Assembly (NCBI GenBank): GCA_965644295.1
Contig: CBFFRP010000455.1
Span: 1 to 64,000, forward strand
Direction of reading: 5' to 3'
Origin: Paraphysomonas bandaiensis
Lineage: Eukaryota > Protista > Chrysophyceae
Length of the DNA stretch: 64,000 nt
In this document: one piece after another, positions 56,831 to 64,000 of the stretch
How positions within the stretch are numbered: the stretch's first letter is position 1
How the letters are laid out: each line of letters starts with the position of its first letter
Made by a program: the position numbers and the translations under genes
The notes under the pieces: generated by a model
The model's database searches: none
What the model was told of the DNA's origin: nothing
The model's input: only the letters and a program-made list of their open reading frames with translations

Positions 56831-59800
56831 ATGTTATCTGGTCGAGTAGATCATATGGATTCTAGTGATGATGAATATAATTCAAATACATCTCAAAAAT
56901 CTTTTATTACAAAAAAATCATTGAATTCAACAGAAAAATTATTTAATTATAAGAAAAAACCTGTAGATCATATGAGAGGACCCAATAAAAGGGGACCCTA
57001 TAGAACAAATGAAGGGGCTGTTCAATATATGATACAAGAACGTCAAGCAATGGATACAGAAAATGCAGCATTAAGGGCAGAGAATGAAGCATTAAGACAG
57101 AGATTAGAATTACAGAGACAATTATCTTCACATGATGATAGAGATACAAGTGTATACGCAGATAGTATGTATACAGAGGACCGTATACATGAGGATCCTA
57201 TAGACGGATATACTGCTCATAGGAATACTGTATATAACGATAGGGACAATTCACATACGGACACTTCACACACTTCTCATATGGATTACCCGCATAGGGG
57301 CACTTCTCATAAGGATTATACACAGGAAGGCTCTTCTCATAAGGATTACCCGCATAGGGACACTTCACACACTTCTCATAAGGATTATACACAGGAAGGC
57401 TCTTCTCATATGGATTCTACGTACAACTCACCTATCGATTCATCTCATACGGATTATACGTATATACCTTCTAGTAACCAACACAATCATGTCTCCTCTA
57501 CACCACACTCTACATACACATACATTATACCAGAAGCCATAGAATATGACTCGAAATCCATCTCTCCTGATCCAATCACACACTCTTCTTACATTCCCAC
57601 ACAATCCAACCCACAAATCATATCAAATACACACTCAAATCACTTTATATCACCATCCACAAATAAAACCCATTCAAATCATATTATCTCGAAATCACAC
57701 AGTCTTCCAGTCACTCATTCTATTAAAACTAACCCTCCTGACACAGTCACACGTGTACCTCGCCTTAACTTGTCTCCAAACAGCTCCAATAGTCTCCCTA
57801 CTGCCCATAGTGTACATAGTCTTAACAATACCTCTACTCATCATTCCTTTAAGTCTTCAACTGAACCTCTTCACTACTCAGGATTACCGAAAATATTACT
57901 AGAAGGGACAGTTATGTGGAAGTTACCTCTACGTGGTCGTACTCTAGCCGAACAGAGACTTGTGCGTATTAAGAAGGCAGATTCTGGAGCTGGTCCGAGA
58001 TCGAAAGCTGTCCCTGTGGTGTCTGATGATATGCAGGAAGGCATCGCTCATATTGCGTTTCCACCCGTTATCACGTGGTGTAGTCCAGACAAAAGCCATG
58101 ACCACAGCGTAGCTAGGGAGCTCTCCTTGGACGAAGTAATACGGATCGAAGAAGGGCGTCAAACCCCAGCCTTTTTAAGAAGTATCAAGAAAGGTAAGTA
58201 CCATGAAATGTTTTGTTGCTTTGAAGGACATATTTGTGGAATGCACTTGTAGGCATTCAGTTACTGAACTCCATGTGTAGGTTACCCTGTGCCTCCGGAA
58301 CCTCTCTGCTTCTCTCTGATTGGCTCGTCGCGCACATTGGATTTAGCCGCGGAAGACCTAGAGATTGCTTTATTATGGAAGACCGCCCTTCAAGAAATTT
58401 TGGTGATGCTATCATCACACCCAGACTGGGCCGTGCGCTCACTCCGCAAGAAGAGCTCATGGTGGCCTATCACTGGCAGTGGAAAGGATAGTCAAAGAGA
58501 TCTCCAGCGCACTCAGTTCCAGAGAGAGTCATCTGGCAGTAGCAATGAAGAGAGTGCTGAAGTAAGTGCGTACCACCAGGCCTCCGAGACAGCCCGAGAA
58601 AGGGCGCAGCGTGACCGAGTCATCAGTGCTACCCGGAGTGGGAACTATCAAGCTCTTGAGGTTCTTTTAAATGAAGGTGCAGAGGTAGACTCCGTAGACC
58701 CTATCTTACAAGATACCCCCCTTATGATCGCATGTTCCCTGGGTATGGAGGACATTGCTGAACTCTGTGTGGCACATAAGGCGCAGCTAGATCTACAGGT
58801 GAATGGGGGCCCGAGTCCATTGCACTGTGCAGTGGGGAGTGGATCGAAGGAATGCGCTTTGCTTCTTCTACAGTCTGCGGAGAGTATGGGAGAGGGTGTA
58901 GTGGATATTCTCTTGAGTCAGCGCAATATAGAGGGGATGACTGCGCTTCATCTTGCCGCGGTAGAGGGAGACTCAAATATGATATCCCTTCTTCTCTCGT
59001 ATGGGGCTGACATATCTAAAACTGATGGGAAGCAACTGACTGTGCTTCATCATTGTTCTACTCATGGGCACCATACTTCTCTTGCCGCTCTTCTGGACGC
59101 CGGTGGGGATGTGTGTATCGACTCTGTAGACAAAGAGGGGAACACAGCTCTTCACTATGCTGCATATGCCGGTCATTTGGAGTGTGCCCGAATCCTTCTT
59201 GAGACCGCTGCTAATCCTGTGGTGAGGAATAACAAGGGTATGACACCCTACAGACAAGCCAGTGCACAAAATCATAGCGCTGTGTGTGAGCTTCTACTGG
59301 AGTTTACCAATCCCAGTCGTGTCGTCGCACAGCGGCAGATATCAAAGAGAACAGCGTCCTCGAGCCCATTGCGCGATTCATCGCAGTATCTTGTTAGTCC
59401 TGCCCGCGAGTCTACGGGTACTAGAAGCTGGAAGAACGAGAAGCTTGAGGGGTCACCGTCTGCTGCCAAGAAATCAAGACCGCAGAGTGCTTCGCCGGGA
59501 ATGACTGTGGAAAGGCAACCTGCAGCACCATCCCCCCCCCACCAGCAGCGCAAGAACCTTCATTACCTTAACCACGGTGTTCTTCCCCGCTCTAGCAGCG
59601 ATACAACACCTCCTCGAACTGTGCGTATACTGTCGAGGTATGGTAATATATAGTTATTTCACATATTTTGACGCGGCATGGGATTTTTGTTTTTAGTGAG
59701 GATGTCGATGAATCAAGTCCTCGGAGAATGAACGATATGTTTAAAGGTATACACGTTTTGCGGAAATAAAACTATAGTGACATCTCACATCACGCGCAGG

Positions 59801-61067
59801 GTTGCTTGTGAACGATAGATCAAAAGAATCGGAATACAGTAGCTCCTATCAATACGGAGATGACGAACAAACTCCCTATCAGGAAGACTACCCGAAGAGT
59901 GGGGTATATGACAATACCGAGGTTGGCTCCTATAACCAAAGCCAACACCAGGGGGAGACTGAGTATCCTCTCTATGCGACGGGGGAAGAAAACACAGCCG
60001 TCCCAAACTACTCTGCGGACCACGACGCTAGTTACCCAGAATATGGAGAGCACTACACTGAGTTGGAGCAGGATTCGTACGGTGGGTTTGGACAACCAGT
60101 GGAAGAAGCGGAGTATGATAACGTTCACGGTGGCGCGGACTATACCGACGACCCACACTCTCTGGAAGAGTTTTTCTGGGCAGATGTAGAATGGAAAGTG
60201 TACCAGACAGAAGAAGGCGACCGGTATTACGTTGAAGTTGCATCGGGTCATAGCCAGTGGGAGGACCCACGTACCTGCGGCTTCGTCGTTCAGCATGCGG
60301 AAGACGAACCATGTGCAGGGGAGGAATTGACCGAGAGCGTGCAGGAGTCAGTCATTACCCCCGAAAGCACCAGAAGCTTCAGGAGGCCAAAAATTGCCCG
60401 ATCCCCATTGAAGCGTACTCCAGCTAAAGAGCTACCTGGAAGTGGAGAAAAGCGAACGCCCGGATCGGTGCACCGCTCTCAGATTCCCGCCCCCTATTCC
60501 AGCAGTGAAGACGAAGTTGTGATTAGGCAGATACGCCGTGGACCACGGAGATTGCCTACTGACCATCGTCAGCAGAGCAGCCCACTGTACGAAGAAGGAA
60601 GTGGGATTGGATCGCCTGACGACCAGAGCGTGCCTGGACCACCTGTTAGTATCATTGAGAGTTCTCCGACTTCGACAGCTAAGAAAACGAAGAAAAAAAT
60701 CCTGCTTGTAGAGTCGGATAACGACGTTTCTACTGGGGAAAAGTCTCGTGGAAGTTGCTTTTCACCCGACCACTCATCTCGACTGAGGGCGGCTGATTTA
60801 CGGAAGAAGCTGCCCTTCTCCACCCCAACAAGTGTTTCTTCAAAGAAAGAAGGCTTCAAACCATCTGCATGGTATGATGATGACGATGATGTTGAAGATG
60901 GATATTATCCAGGAAACCAACAATACAGTGAGGGTGAGGAGAGTGCACAGGGTGGGAGGGCACCCAGTAGATACGCTAATGAAGATCGACGTCTGAAAGG
61001 TACAGACAAAGTTTTCACTGAGAAAGAAGGATCATATGGAAATGGCGGGAATGTGTTTATGATATAA
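56831..61067 (+). CDS. Coiled coil + PLC-type PH domain + ankyrin repeats + WW protein; exons 56831-58193, 58281-59637, 59697-59746, 59800-61067
   Basis: LLEGTVMWK...IEEGRQTPAF...CFSLIGSSRTLDLAA; TPL/TALH ankyrin repeats; WKVYQTEEGDRYYVEVASGHSQWEDP; frame-preserving GT-AG introns. Confidence 0.82.
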
Positions 61068-61661
61068 TGTTCGTTATCGCTGTGTTTTAATGTCATCTAG
61101 TTTGGTATGAATTTAATGTAGACCTCTTGTTTATAATAGCTACTGGTTGTAGAAAAGAGACAGTTTATTTTGTGATATAATATTTACAATTAAACACTTG
61201 ATAATATAGCTATAAATGGAGTGAAATTATATAACAGAATATAAAACACAAGTAAGACACAGGACAGCAATGCAATTTACAATAATTGAGAGAGTAAAAA
61301 AATGCCTACCATGCTGAATCTTGACTAGCTATTTGTTGTGAATGTCTGATTACTAGCAATGTGTGTTACATAAATTTATGGAACAAATAAAATGTAGCGC
61401 CATCAATGTGATCTTAATGACAAACACTAACAATGGAATCTACTGATGTGCTTACTTACTGATTAGTCACACTAATATGTTGCAATATATTGTAATTGTA
61501 TTGTTGGGCCTGTTTAATATCTCCATCAGATGAATTGCTATGTAACAATAGTATTGCAGTATCATTGCAATATATTGTTTCCTAGTCCTGATGCATATGC
61601 ACACTAAAATCTACAATCTTAAAATCAGAACACACATTCCTTACATAAAATGTATATATTA

Positions 61662-62528
61662 TTAGTTATAGGTTATTCGGCCACACGTACACGTTTCCGA
61701 ACAATCAAACCCATATTCTTCCCGAAGGAAATTCTGTGCATCGTCAAAATTAGAGCTGTGGAAAGCACGCAGCTTCGTGTAATCCAGCAGTAATTCTTCG
61801 TCCTCTGACATATCCTTTAGGGCTACTACATTAAGTACCATACCAGTAAATTTGCACTCAACATTGGGTTCACAGGAATGGTTAATATAGCTGGGCCAGT
61901 CGTATAGAGCAATAGCACCTGGAACATTCGGTATTTCAATAGCATTGAGACAGCATGCACCCAACGTATTCGTATACCAATCCGCATTTATAATCTGAGT
62001 GGCTTCTTTCACATCAATAGAATATAACTTCGATTGAAGTTCAGATGTTTCTTCTGCAAACTCTTCACGGTCTTCATCAGTTACAGTTGGCCGGGCTAAG
62101 GTACCTAAGACTACAGACGTATTCTGATACCCCCTACGCTTCTCAATACATGCCCGATAAGCTAATTTTGTTAGTAATCCATCGAATGGTCCTGAAGCAC
62201 TGGAGTCTCTTAGACGAACTATTGAGGTATGACTGTCTTTAAGTATAGTATAGAGTTCCGGGTCGTCCGTACAGGCCGAACATGGTCCTAATTTATTACT
62301 ACGAAAACAATGATTACATGACCGGTCTAGACGACCAGGGAACTTCCTTCCTGGCCATGCAGCTAAAGGAGGTGCAGAGGCAATTGTTTCTCCGGCGGAC
62401 ACAGAGCGGGAGAGGGACACTCCGGTCATGTCGATAAGCCTCCGGCCTCTACCGACTTTACTTCTACAGGCCTGTATACCCTCTGCATGGAATATTACAC
62501 GATTGATGAATGATAAGACCTCTGACAT
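61662..62528 (-). CDS. SMYD-like SET-domain protein (true start MSEVLS at 62528)
   Basis: GRGRRL, CNHC...CSAC insert, SYINHSCEPN, ELLLDY, post-SET YGFDC..CTC. Confidence 0.85.
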   Translation of the reverse strand: MSEVLSFINRVIFHAEGIQACRSKVGRGRRLIDMTGVSLSRSVSAGETIASAPPLAAWPGRKFPGRLDRSCNHCFRSNKLGPCSACTDDPELYTILKDSHTSIVRLRDSSASGPFDGLLTKLAYRACIEKRRGYQNTSVVLGTLARPTVTDEDREEFAEETSELQSKLYSIDVKEATQIINADWYTNTLGACCLNAIEIPNVPGAIALYDWPSYINHSCEPNVECKFTGMVLNVVALKDMSEDEELLLDYTKLRAFHSSNFDDAQNFLREEYGFDCSETCTCGRITYN

Positions 62529-62576
62529 GATACGATGATAAGAGCAATACAATAATAAGAATAATACACACATATA

Positions 62577-62582
<6 letters not shown>

Positions 62583-62612
<30 letters not shown>

Positions 62613-64000
62613 TGTATGTATGTATGTATGTATGTATGTATGTATGTATGTATGTATGTATGTATGTATGTATGTATGTATGTATGTATGTATGTATGTA
62701 TGTATGTATGTATGTATGTATGTATGTATGTATGTATGTATGTATGTATGTATGTATGTATGTATGTATGTATGTATGTATGTATGTATGTATGTATGTA
62801 TGTATGTATGTATGTATGTATGTATGTATGTATGTATGTATGTATGTATGTATGTATGTATGTATGTATGTATGTATGTATGTATGTATGTATGTATGTA
62901 TGTATGTATGTATGTATGTATGTATGTATGTATGTATGTATGTATGTATGTATGTATGTATGTATGTATGTATGTATGTATGTATGTATGTATGTATGTA
63001 TGTATGTATGTATGTATGTATGTATGTATGTATGTATGTATGTATGTATGTATGTATGTATGTATGTATGTATGTATGTATGTATGTATGTATGTATGTA
63101 TGTATGTATGTATGTATGTATGTATGTATGTATGTATGTATGTATGTATGTATGTATGTATGTATGTATGTATGTATGTATGTATGTATGTATGTATGTA
63201 TGTATGTATGTATGTATGTATGTATGTATGTATGTATGCATGCATGTACGTATGCATGTATGCATGTACGTATGTATGCATGTATGTATGCATGTACGTA
63301 TGCATGTACGTATGTATGTATGCATGTACGTACGTATGTACGTACGTATGCATGTACGTACGTACGTATGTACGTACGTATGCATGTACGTATGCATGTA
63401 CGTACGTACGTACGTATGTACGTATGTATGTACGTATGCATGCATGTATGTACGTATGTACGTATGCATGTACGTACGTACGCATGTATGCATGTACGTA
63501 TGTATGCATGTACGTACGTATGCATGCATGTATGTATGCATGTACGTACGTATGCATGTATGTACGTATGTACGTATGCATGCATGCATGTATGCATGCA
63601 TGCATGCATGTACGTACGTATGCATGTATGTATGTACGTATGCATGTATGCATGTATGTATGTATGTATGTATGCATGTATGTATGTATGCATGTACGTA
63701 TGTATGTATGTATGTATGCATGTATGCATGTATGCATGTATGAATGTATGAATTTATGTATGTATGTATGTATGTATGTATGTATGTATGCATGTATGTA
63801 TGTATGTATGTATGTATGTATGTATGTATGTATGTATGTATGTATGTATGTATGTATGTATGTATGTATGTATGTATGTATGTATGTATGTATGTATGTA
63901 TGTATGTATGTATGTATGTATGTATGTATGTATGTATGTATGTATGTATGTATGTATGTATGTATGTATGTATGTATGTATGTATGTATGTATGTATGTA
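62583..64000 (+). repeat. (TATG)n array over 1.4 kb, with a TATG/CATG/TACG mixed core at ~63239-63740; runs off the window
   Basis: Direct reading. Confidence 0.98.

Noticed and set aside
61260-61590. Possible TIR element CAGGAC...GTCCTG
   Set aside because: The inverted match is short and there is no TSD.

Overview
Gene-dense eukaryotic DNA with the standard genetic code and short GT-AG introns, mostly 44-70 nt. It is most consistent with a flagellated stramenopile, possibly chrysophyte-like; the taxonomy is an inference. The window holds about 15 protein genes: sterol O-acyltransferase, G-protein beta, GH79 heparanase-like, two DPPCPWD ankyrin-like repeat genes, a WW protein, SF3B1, dynein light chains LC8 and DNAL4, a myristoylated EF-hand protein with 16 C2 domains built partly from a 1069-bp tandem repeat, squalene epoxidase, a pseudokinase with Btk-type zinc fingers, a 1975-aa surface protein, a PH-ankyrin-WW protein, a SMYD-like SET protein and one hypothetical. 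Long (TATG)n arrays sit just upstream of start codons. The intergenic DNA is full of small mobile elements: a TIR/TSD-bounded hAT deletion derivative, a Crypton relic, a truncated non-LTR remnant and several nested repeat families. The most notable signal is a non-coding retroposon family (2672-3878 and 50575-51084, each with its own perfect TSD). Both copies begin at the same nucleotide with a sequence that folds as an HDV-like (L1Tc/ingi Pr77-type) self-cleaving ribozyme, and they carry different 3' tails.
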